This document shows, in pieces, positions 56,356 to 64,000 of a stretch of 64,000 nt of DNA (positions are counted from its first letter, which is position 1; every line of letters starts with the position of its first letter). Under the pieces are notes generated by a model. That model searched no databases and was not told where the DNA came from. It saw only the letters and a program-made list of their open reading frames with translations. Location: IMG/VR virus record IMGVR_UViG_3300033074_001484, positions 64,001-128,000 of that record; one strand, 5' to 3'. Made by a program: the position numbers and the translations under genes. The stretch comes from a virus (lineage: Duplodnaviria > Caudoviricetes).

Positions 56356-59300
56356 TTACCTATCATTTGACATTGGTTTTGACAGTCTATAAATTCTATT
56401 CGCATCATCTTTACCAACTGACACCACAACCGGTCTATTACTATAATCCTGAAATAAATCAACCAACCGTTTCAAATATACTTCCAGCCGTTCAAGGGTA
56501 AGTTCTTGTCCACTTGGCATATCAAAATCAACTTCATCGGGTGTATTTCCAACCGCACGGTCTTTCACCCCACGGCTTAAATCCGTTTTAGCAATGTTAA
56601 CACCTTGGCCAGTGTATGATTCAGGTGGTGGCATTGCACTAATCATATTAGCATATTTTTCATTTACTTTTAAAGATGCTGATATATTCTGTGATGTTGA
56701 TTTCAATGAAGTCAACATGTTCAGCTTTTCAATATTTACATCTTCAAGCGTGGCACTTAATTTGACTAAGGATGCTGCAAGCGCATTTATACTCAGGGAT
56801 GTAGCATCAATTCCACCACCAATATCAGCAAATGTCGATAATGATTTACCAATCGAATCCGATGTTGCAACAGGATAATCATACAATCCCTTACCAAATG
56901 ATATAAGTACACTTAAAACCGATTGTAAGGCATCTATATTCAAGTTACTAAACTTGGACAGGCTTGTTTCAAGAATCCCTGTCGATGTGCCTAATTTTTT
57001 TAAGCCATTTGCTAACGGAATTATAGCAACACCCATAACTGCTAACGCGGCAGCACCGGCCAAAATAGCGGCAGCACCAAATCCAGATAATACAAATGCA
57101 CCAAGTGCTGTTAACGCAACAGTCAATCCCAACAGTGCAGTACCAGCAATGCCAAGTGTAGACCATTTTACATCGGTTAACATATTTAATGCGTATGCCA
57201 ATGGTATTAACGATGCCCCCATGATAGCCAACGCCACTGACCCTACAATAGCATTTGAGGCAACTTTACTTACTAACATAGCCATTGCAACCAACCCACC
57301 CATCGCCACTGTAGCTTTACCAATACTTGACCAATCCACTGATGCAAATTTGCCCATCGCCTCAGATATAATATACATAGATGAAGCTAATATCACCAAA
57401 GATGTTGCACCAATTAACGCCTTTGGCCCGAACGTGTTTAAACCCTTTCCAATCCCACTCAATAAATTTTCAATTCCCTCCCCGGCAGCATCTGTTAGTG
57501 ATTTGAATACATCGCCAATAGTTGTAGTTAAAGTTTTCAGTACATCACCAATTGAATTTATCATACTAATAAATCCATTCTTTAAGGTCGATCCTATGTT
57601 TTTCAGCCCATCTATCATCGATGCTCCAGTCTTTTTACTATCTGTCGCTGAATCGCCAAGAATTGATGAAAATATGGAACTGCCACCTGTCTTCGAGCTT
57701 GTAATACCTTTTATCTTATCAAATACACCACCAAGCATCCCTCCCACGGATGGTATCATTTTTTTAAGTATTGAGAAAGATTTTGTAATTGGCCATAGCC
57801 CAAATTTTAAATATGACAATGGACTTTTTAATACCCACAGACCACCCATCAATCCACCAATCGAATATAGTAAAACTTCAAATCCACTCATCTGCTTGAA
57901 AACAGCAGTTATATTAGATTTTACATTATCAAACCCATTGGCAAATGATGTTACAACATCAACTCCCGATGAAATATTATCAACAACGCCCACCACCATA
58001 TTACCAAGAACCTTAAATGGTGCAAGTATACCTTTGACAATGGTTAATATACCTTTTAATAACCATCCGGCAACTCTAAACAATCCAACTAAAATTTCAA
58101 ATGCCGGGGATAATCCATCCAATAAATCTCCGAACGATTCTGCAAGTGGTAATATTGACTTAATCAGTATTGCCTTGAAGCGATCAAACATGTTATTTAG
58201 TCGATCTGCTGCATCTAATTCATGTAATTTCTGCTTAACTTGCGCATCAGTTAGCATAGACACATCGCCCAATTTATCTGCATATTTATTTGCCAAATCC
58301 ACTTCATCCTTGGACATTGAAGCCATTTTCTCCTTTAAAACCAAACTTTTTGATATTTCCTCAACTGACATGCCAAGTGTATTTGCAAGTTTCATCCTCT
58401 GCAAATAATCCATATTAGACCATTCATTTAATGATCCTATCGAATCCATTATTGCCTTGCTCATACCTTCGATGTCTCCGGCGATGCCCAAATCAAACGC
58501 TTTTGACAGATCAATACCCGACATTGCGTTTAATTCATACATGTCAGTCATGAACCCTTCAATATTAAGCATTTTTTTAGCAACTTCACCCGCTTGTTTT
58601 AAGGTGACACCCAATTTACGTGTTGCTATTGCGGCTTTAGCAGCGTCTTCAGGATATCCTGCATAATATGTCTGTAACGTCTCGGCAGCATCCAATAAAT
58701 CTTGTGTTATCATTTGTGGCGATAACCCATTCAACTCCGATAGATAATTTATATTTCTAACTAACGTTTTTGACAACGTATCATCTGCTCCTAATTTTTG
58801 AAACTCATTATATAAACCAACTGCCTGTTTTTCAGAAATCCCAAACAACTTAACCGTTTCTCCCAAATTTTGGGAAGTTTTCAATGCAGTTTTGTCCATC
58901 AAGGTAAATGTCAATCCCCACGTCTCCGCAAATTCACCTTGTATTGCGGATAATTCTCGCATGTTCAAAGTATATCTTGAAGATGCGGAAATCATATCTA
59001 CCGTGTTTTTATGAATTTGTTTTGCCGTTGATAAACTAACTCCCAATGTTTTACTAAGCTCTTTCCAACGCTCAGATAACAATGATGATAATTTATACGC
59101 ACCTGCGATGGCAATTACCAATGCACCAAAGCCAGACATGACTTTTGTAACATTCCCGCCAAAGAAATTGATTGCGTCAGACATAGCTTCCGTTGACGTT
59201 TTCCCTTTCTTCACTCCATCTATAAATGTTTTGAATGTAGTATCTACAATTGACTTGAAACGTACTGACGCTTCATTTAATCCTAAAAATTCAGCAATTG

Positions 59301-60423
59301 GTGTTGGTACTAATGATATCATATTTGATAATGCCACGGACGCATTGTCAAATAATTTATTCGTAGTTTTTAATGTGCCACCCAACGACTTTAGAAGCTC
59401 CATCCGTTCTTCATACGCTTCTATAACTACACGATCCCCGTGTAATTTATCAGTAGCCTTTGCAATTGCAGCAATGTCTAATTCCGTTTTTCCAAGTTTT
59501 CGCAGCCGCTCTATTTGAGCATCCGTAAGATGTCCAATTGAATTATATTGATTAGCCATCTCATCAAGCTCTGCATTCACCTTTTCGATAGCCTTCATGG
59601 TTTGAGTGTACGCAGCACCGGCCAATTTATCACCGGTAGAGATATTAACTAAAATCTCCTTTTCTGGGAACCATTTATACCCGTACATTTCAGCAGCATA
59701 CAATTTAACTTTGTTTGCTAAGATTTTAGCTTCAAGCTCCATTGCTGATACTGCATCTTTTGCAGATGCAGCCAATCGATTAAATCCTTCGTCCACTTCC
59801 ACTGAATCAAATCCAATCTGAATTTTTTTAGATGAAAGCGTATCCATGAAATTATCCATAGACGATATAATATCGTCTATACTTCGCTGATCTATTAATT
59901 CCGGTGCAAATATAGAGTCTACATCAACTGCTCGTAAAATTGCATTATGAACAGCCTCCATCGATGATTCACCTACAATCCCGGCACTTCTATATTGTTT
60001 TTCAAGCCTTTTTATTTCATCCGTTAATCTATAAAATGCGTCAGTTAACGTTTCTGTAAAATAAATCTCGTCATCTATAAAATCTTGCCGAGTTTTTCTA
60101 CTCTTTAGCTCGTCTTTGAATCGTTTATAACCTTTTTCGTCCAACTTGTCAAGCTCTTTGTACTTGTCAAGTAAGTAATCCGTATCCTTTTTATCAAGTT
60201 TTAAGTTCTTTAAAAATTTATTTATAGACCCTTCGTTTATACTTTTCAGTTTTTTGGCATTTTGGATCGCATCCTTTAATGTGTCAGATGAATTGATAAT
60301 ACCACTGTCCAACGCTTCAATTAATAAACGAAACGCCTTGGCATGTTCGTCCATTCGAGTCGCTGATTCAGCCAACTCATTATTTAAACGTATAATTAAT
60401 TTGGGATCAATTTGCTTGGCCAT
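56356..60423 (-). CDS. tape measure protein
   Basis: 1355 aa, helical, Ala/Gly-rich hydrophobic repeats, tail-module position. Confidence 0.88.
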   Translation of the reverse strand: MAKQIDPKLIIRLNNELAESATRMDEHAKAFRLLIEALDSGIINSSDTLKDAIQNAKKLKSINEGSINKFLKNLKLDKKDTDYLLDKYKELDKLDEKGYKRFKDELKSRKTRQDFIDDEIYFTETLTDAFYRLTDEIKRLEKQYRSAGIVGESSMEAVHNAILRAVDVDSIFAPELIDQRSIDDIISSMDNFMDTLSSKKIQIGFDSVEVDEGFNRLAASAKDAVSAMELEAKILANKVKLYAAEMYGYKWFPEKEILVNISTGDKLAGAAYTQTMKAIEKVNAELDEMANQYNSIGHLTDAQIERLRKLGKTELDIAAIAKATDKLHGDRVVIEAYEERMELLKSLGGTLKTTNKLFDNASVALSNMISLVPTPIAEFLGLNEASVRFKSIVDTTFKTFIDGVKKGKTSTEAMSDAINFFGGNVTKVMSGFGALVIAIAGAYKLSSLLSERWKELSKTLGVSLSTAKQIHKNTVDMISASSRYTLNMRELSAIQGEFAETWGLTFTLMDKTALKTSQNLGETVKLFGISEKQAVGLYNEFQKLGADDTLSKTLVRNINYLSELNGLSPQMITQDLLDAAETLQTYYAGYPEDAAKAAIATRKLGVTLKQAGEVAKKMLNIEGFMTDMYELNAMSGIDLSKAFDLGIAGDIEGMSKAIMDSIGSLNEWSNMDYLQRMKLANTLGMSVEEISKSLVLKEKMASMSKDEVDLANKYADKLGDVSMLTDAQVKQKLHELDAADRLNNMFDRFKAILIKSILPLAESFGDLLDGLSPAFEILVGLFRVAGWLLKGILTIVKGILAPFKVLGNMVVGVVDNISSGVDVVTSFANGFDNVKSNITAVFKQMSGFEVLLYSIGGLMGGLWVLKSPLSYLKFGLWPITKSFSILKKMIPSVGGMLGGVFDKIKGITSSKTGGSSIFSSILGDSATDSKKTGASMIDGLKNIGSTLKNGFISMINSIGDVLKTLTTTIGDVFKSLTDAAGEGIENLLSGIGKGLNTFGPKALIGATSLVILASSMYIISEAMGKFASVDWSSIGKATVAMGGLVAMAMLVSKVASNAIVGSVALAIMGASLIPLAYALNMLTDVKWSTLGIAGTALLGLTVALTALGAFVLSGFGAAAILAGAAALAVMGVAIIPLANGLKKLGTSTGILETSLSKFSNLNIDALQSVLSVLISFGKGLYDYPVATSDSIGKSLSTFADIGGGIDATSLSINALAASLVKLSATLEDVNIEKLNMLTSLKSTSQNISASLKVNEKYANMISAMPPPESYTGQGVNIAKTDLSRGVKDRAVGNTPDEVDFDMPSGQELTLERLEVYLKRLVDLFQDYSNRPVVVSVGKDDANRIYRLSKPMSNDR

Positions 60424-60455
60424 TTACACTCCGACACACTTATAAGGTGTTAGGT

Positions 60456-60761
60456 TTATTCTGGTTTATAATCCGATGCCATTTTTCTATATTTCTCATG
60501 CTTTGAGCGTTTGTAATAAAAGTCCGGGTCTTTCCAAAACTCTTTACATGCCGGGTGGTGTGGGTCTTCATGGCATTTCTTAGCAAGTATTTCCGCCATC
60601 TTATCAAAAGCACTCCGATACGATGTGACAGCCTTATTAACTTCAGGGTCTTCATCTACCGCAGTAGCTAACTTTTTCAACGATTTTTTCACAAATGGAT
60701 AAGCGAGAAGCCTTGCAATCTCAACCCATATATTTTCCGTAAACAAATATTTTCTTGACAT
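60456..60761 (-). CDS. hypothetical protein
   Basis: GGAGG RBS and TATTTAT motif upstream. Confidence 0.65.
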   Translation of the reverse strand: MSRKYLFTENIWVEIARLLAYPFVKKSLKKLATAVDEDPEVNKAVTSYRSAFDKMAEILAKKCHEDPHHPACKEFWKDPDFYYKRSKHEKYRKMASDYKPE

Positions 60762-60807
60762 ATAATCCTCCTTAAATAAATATCCAACCCATATTAAAAA
60801 TTGAAAA

Positions 60808-61086
60808 TCATCTACGCCGCATTCGTTTTGAACTATTAAGTTTGGATTTATCTTCCTCGGCTTGCTTTATTCTGGTCTCAATAATATCATGCATCTTCAT
60901 GTAATAATATGCCCTCACATTGACAGGCATTGCATGCACATCTGAATATGTAAAACCACCCTCCCCATAAAATACCAAATCAAATATTTGGTTATATACA
61001 GTCGTATTATAATCTACTGTCAGGCCAAAAAAAGTCCAATCCGATGGTAGGCGTTGTACGAAAGGGTTCCCCGGTGCCCTCATCAA
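60808..61086 (-). CDS. gp51-like assembly protein; possibly a frameshift extension of the upstream gene
   Basis: GGFTYSDVHAMPVNVRAYY motif; overlaps the 3' end of the upstream gene. Confidence 0.65.
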   Translation of the reverse strand: MMRAPGNPFVQRLPSDWTFFGLTVDYNTTVYNQIFDLVFYGEGGFTYSDVHAMPVNVRAYYYMKMHDIIETRIKQAEEDKSKLNSSKRMRRR

Positions 61087-61840
61087 TTATTTCAATAGTC
61101 ATGTCTATGTCCGGTTGTATTTCTGAAATATACTGCCGAAGTCTGCGACTATCAAATGCCATTAAATCATTTTCAATGTACATTTTAATAAACCGTGGAT
61201 CGGAATTATCATTAATTGATAATATCATATGTGACAGCCTAACCGTCATTTGGTGATCCGGTGAATCAGGACGTTTATATTTTTTAGCAGCAGCATCCAT
61301 CGACTTTTGATCACCATTAGTCAGCAGTTTAAATTTAATAATGTCACCGCCTCTTGTGGTAAAGTTAAACTCGTTTACCCCCGGAGTATATTTTGATTCA
61401 TCTAATTCTTTTGGTTTAAATTCTTCCAAATTTACTGTAACGGTCTGTTCTCCACCACTTGGGGTTTTAACCTTTGCAGTATACTCTGGACCATATCCAT
61501 ATACACGCGCAGCCAACATAATAGCAGTTTTATCGCCGAGCAACATACTATCATAGTCAATATTAGAGATTATCAGAGATTGAAACAACCTGTCCAACAC
61601 AATACCAGATCGGATATATTGTTCTGTTGTTAAAATATCTTCTTCTTTGGCTGTCATATATTTCATTTCAACCCGGCCAATTGATAATGGATTTTCTGGG
61701 GGATATACTATACCCCGCGATGGTAAATCAACCATTACCGTTGGATATTTAAGATCGCGAGCCGCGTTTGATATGTTCGCTTCATGATCTACGGTTTCAG
61801 TAACCGGTTTATTTGGATAATTTTCCACTACATTACTCAT
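61007..61840 (-). CDS. T4 gp26-like baseplate hub / tail assembly protein
   Basis: VDLPSRG..YMTAKEEDIL..GD..AR..GYG..FFWP. Confidence 0.8.
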   Translation of the reverse strand: MSNVVENYPNKPVTETVDHEANISNAARDLKYPTVMVDLPSRGIVYPPENPLSIGRVEMKYMTAKEEDILTTEQYIRSGIVLDRLFQSLIISNIDYDSMLLGDKTAIMLAARVYGYGPEYTAKVKTPSGGEQTVTVNLEEFKPKELDESKYTPGVNEFNFTTRGGDIIKFKLLTNGDQKSMDAAAKKYKRPDSPDHQMTVRLSHMILSINDNSDPRFIKMYIENDLMAFDSRRLRQYISEIQPDIDMTIEIIDEGTGEPFRTTPTIGLDFFWPDSRL

Positions 61841-61852
61841 AACTTCTCCTTT

Positions 61853-62047
61853 TTATCGTAATAACCATTTTGAATTAATCCTATCTACCACCATTGTTAT
61901 GAACGCGGTGAGTTCATGTTTAGGAATCCCTCGCTCATCAAGATATGTATCAAAAATATTATCCCGATGGCCTATCTTCAATACATCAGATATAAACGCA
62001 TCAACATCGTTCATTGTAATTTTGGTGGGATTTTTACTCATACTCAT
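61853..62047 (-). CDS. hypothetical protein
   Basis: 64-aa ORF, TATTTAT upstream. Confidence 0.55.
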   Translation of the reverse strand: MSMSKNPTKITMNDVDAFISDVLKIGHRDNIFDTYLDERGIPKHELTAFITMVVDRINSKWLLR

Positions 62048-62095
62048 ATAATCTCAATACTGTGAATAAATATAAAGAACTCGCGTGAAAATGTA

Positions 62096-62587
62096 TCACT
62101 GCTTTGTTAAAATTGCATAATCATATGCTATAACCAATGTAGCAGTTAATATATCGTCAGATGACCAATCCAACTGACCAAAATCGATGTTGGCTATTAA
62201 TGGATTAACCAATTCAAACTTATAAACATTAGCATCCCAATCCAATTTCTTAACAAATATAGAAATACTTGTCGGCGAATAATCCGTTTTATACTTATCA
62301 ACCCCCGATTCTATATCTTGATGTAACAATAACCAATCCCATAATTTCATATTTGAGGCAGGTTCCTCCAACTGATACAGTACCATTGAAATATCATTCC
62401 ACCGGGTTTTACCCTTCACCTTTATGTATGTGTTCCCATAATCTACAGTAATTGGCGTTTGTTCAAGGCTTGGTAATTGAGTAGATTTGGCGTTTGTCAT
62501 AAAATCGCCAGTATCCAACGTTGAAAATTGTACCTTGAATTGGTATTGTAAAATGGGCTTATATGCAGATGGTTCAAGACGTGCCAT
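62096..62587 (-). CDS. tail tube protein (gp19-like), paralogue 3
   Basis: KGKTRWNDI..W..FGQLDW..YDYA. Confidence 0.85.
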   Translation of the reverse strand: MARLEPSAYKPILQYQFKVQFSTLDTGDFMTNAKSTQLPSLEQTPITVDYGNTYIKVKGKTRWNDISMVLYQLEEPASNMKLWDWLLLHQDIESGVDKYKTDYSPTSISIFVKKLDWDANVYKFELVNPLIANIDFGQLDWSSDDILTATLVIAYDYAILTKQ

Positions 62588-62598
62588 ATATAATTCTC

Positions 62599-63084
62599 CT
62601 ACACATTAAAATATTCCGCATAATCATACGTCAACGTTAAACTTAATTCAATAATATCATCTGATCCATAATCCAAACTACCCCCTGATAAATCAGATAT
62701 AAATGCGCCAATAAGTTTCCATCGTCCAATAGGTACTATTGTCATAGCATTCATCATTAATAGATTTATATCCTCTTTATATTCATCCGCATACTTAATT
62801 TCTCCAGACGAAATTACCATATGTTTTTTATTAAAATAACTATAGACCTCTCGTGCAGTAATACCTTCAAATTGATAACATGTAAGTGTTATCGGTGCCC
62901 ATTTCGGACGACCCATTATATTAATATATGTCGGACCATAATCCACTGAAATAGGATTAGTGGCAACTTTTGGTTGTTCTGCCCCTCTCGCATATATAGC
63001 GGATGCCTTTATATTATTGGATATCAAAATATAGCGATGACTAAGTTGAGGATGAAATAATTCACTTTGGGCTACACGCGGCAT
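62599..63084 (-). CDS. tail tube protein (gp19-like), paralogue 2
   Basis: GRPKWAPITL..WKLIGAFI..LDY..YDYA. Confidence 0.85.
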   Translation of the reverse strand: MPRVAQSELFHPQLSHRYILISNNIKASAIYARGAEQPKVATNPISVDYGPTYINIMGRPKWAPITLTCYQFEGITAREVYSYFNKKHMVISSGEIKYADEYKEDINLLMMNAMTIVPIGRWKLIGAFISDLSGGSLDYGSDDIIELSLTLTYDYAEYFNV

Positions 63085-63107
63085 TTGCTCCTTATTTCTA
63101 ATAAATA

Positions 63108-63143
63108 GGAAAGGGGCATGATTTTTATTTCACGCCCCCTTCT
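63108..63143 (-). terminator. hairpin, possible terminator
   Basis: GGGGCGTGA/TCATGCCCC stem after the 63167 ORF. Confidence 0.45.
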
Positions 63144-63166
63144 TCTACAGTCCCGAAAGCCATATT

Positions 63167-63373
63167 CTACACAGGATCAGGTGTCCTACCCTTTTTAAAT
63201 CCAATAATTGTTGTTATGGCCCCCACTAATACAAATATGGCATCCCATATGGCATCAAAATTTTGAATTAAATATTCATAGACGCCAAGCCATTTAGTCA
63301 AACCAAAAAAAACTAAAACAGAACCCAGTCCAGTAATTATGTGTCTGACAAGTGATTTTGTGTTTACATTCAT
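63167..63373 (-). CDS. small two-TM holin-like protein
   Basis: LVRHIIT..G, two TM helices, basic tail. Confidence 0.55.
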   Translation of the reverse strand: MNVNTKSLVRHIITGLGSVLVFFGLTKWLGVYEYLIQNFDAIWDAIFVLVGAITTIIGFKKGRTPDPV

Positions 63374-63392
63374 GATAAATACCTTTTTTATG

Positions 63393-63872
63393 TTAGGAAT
63401 ATGTCATATAATCATATGATACAGTAATTTCGCATTGTACAACATCATCGGTTCCCCAGTCCAAAGGTCCCCAATCTGCTGATGCTATAAATGCACCAAC
63501 TAATTTGAATGTACCTACTGGTGTTGAACCATCCGGGGCAAGAAGCATCAACTGCATGTCATGCTTATACACAGGAGCATATTGATCAACCGCCCCTTCA
63601 ACATTTTGATGATCATTGTTCAAATAATCCCACAATTCCTTCGCAGTAATACCTTCAAATTGATAACACGATAATGTAATATCATTCCACCGGGTTTTAC
63701 CCTTCACCTTGAAATAATAATTAATATGTTCTACATTCACTGGTGCGTTATCAAAAGACGGTTGCTGAGAACTTCGTGCGTATATACTCGCCCCCGGCAA
63801 CTTAGATGTTTCCATTTTATATCTAAATTGCAATGTTGGGTGGTGAGCATCAGGTATTACTATTCTTGGCAT
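63393..63872 (-). CDS. tail tube protein (gp19-like), paralogue 1
   Basis: KGKTRWNDITL..FKLVGAFI..WGPLDW..YDY. Confidence 0.88.
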   Translation of the reverse strand: MPRIVIPDAHHPTLQFRYKMETSKLPGASIYARSSQQPSFDNAPVNVEHINYYFKVKGKTRWNDITLSCYQFEGITAKELWDYLNNDHQNVEGAVDQYAPVYKHDMQLMLLAPDGSTPVGTFKLVGAFIASADWGPLDWGTDDVVQCEITVSYDYMTYS

Positions 63873-63894
63873 TGTACATTCTCCTTATTTTTAT

Positions 63895-63901
63895 ATAAAT
63901 A
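63895..63901 (-). promoter_or_regulatory. candidate late-promoter motif TATTTAT
   Basis: Recurs upstream of about 10 genes (see findings). Confidence 0.55.
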
Positions 63902-63918
63902 GTGTAACACCACGTTTT

Positions 63919-64000
63919 TTATTCCTGAGCGTCGAATGGGAACAATGCACCAGTAGGTAATACAATGAAGTCAACGATCAAGTATTCAACCGTTTTTGCA
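63919..64000 (-). CDS. tail sheath protein (gp18-like), C-terminal fragment
   Basis: Own translation AKTVEYLIVDFIVLPTGALFPFDAQE*; immediately upstream of the tube gene. Confidence 0.8.
   Translation of the reverse strand, partial: AKTVEYLIVDFIVLPTGALFPFDAQE

Noticed and set aside
56954-58408. 484-aa plus-strand ORF
   Set aside because: Antisense shadow of the tape measure gene; no independent motifs.

Overview
A 64-kb segment of a large (jumbo-type) T4-like myophage genome, probably infecting Bacteroidota (TAnnTTTG promoter elements, Bacteroidota-style attC repeats). Almost every gene is on the minus strand. From left to right: (i) 1-3.5 kb, an integron-like cassette array of about 9 attC-like sites separating single small ORFs, with no integrase in the window and ORFs inverted relative to canonical cassettes; (ii) 4.6-14 kb, a tRNA region with 21 tRNAs, 3 aberrant tRNA-like RNAs, 2 collapsed tRNA remnants, several unexplained structured-RNA candidates, a truncated tnpB/IS200-IS605 right end, a nucleotidyltransferase, an HD hydrolase and two ADP-ribosyltransferase-like genes; (iii) 14-21 kb, small membrane and hypothetical genes, a 3D-domain muralytic enzyme and an HNH protein; (iv) 17-40 kb, a large glycan-synthesis cluster (about 11 glycosyltransferases, one with a LAGLIDADG intein, 2 methyltransferases, an epimerase and a deacetylase); (v) 37-53 kb, replication and recombination genes (PD-(D/E)XK nuclease, clamp, PolB, NrdJ, helicase, 5'-3' exonuclease, RecA/UvsX, SSB, a short PolA-like protein); (vi) 53-64 kb, contractile tail genes (baseplate, tape measure, a gp26/gp51-like pair with a candidate frameshift, three tail-tube paralogues, sheath 3' end). 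All calls come from reading motifs by eye; no database searches were run.
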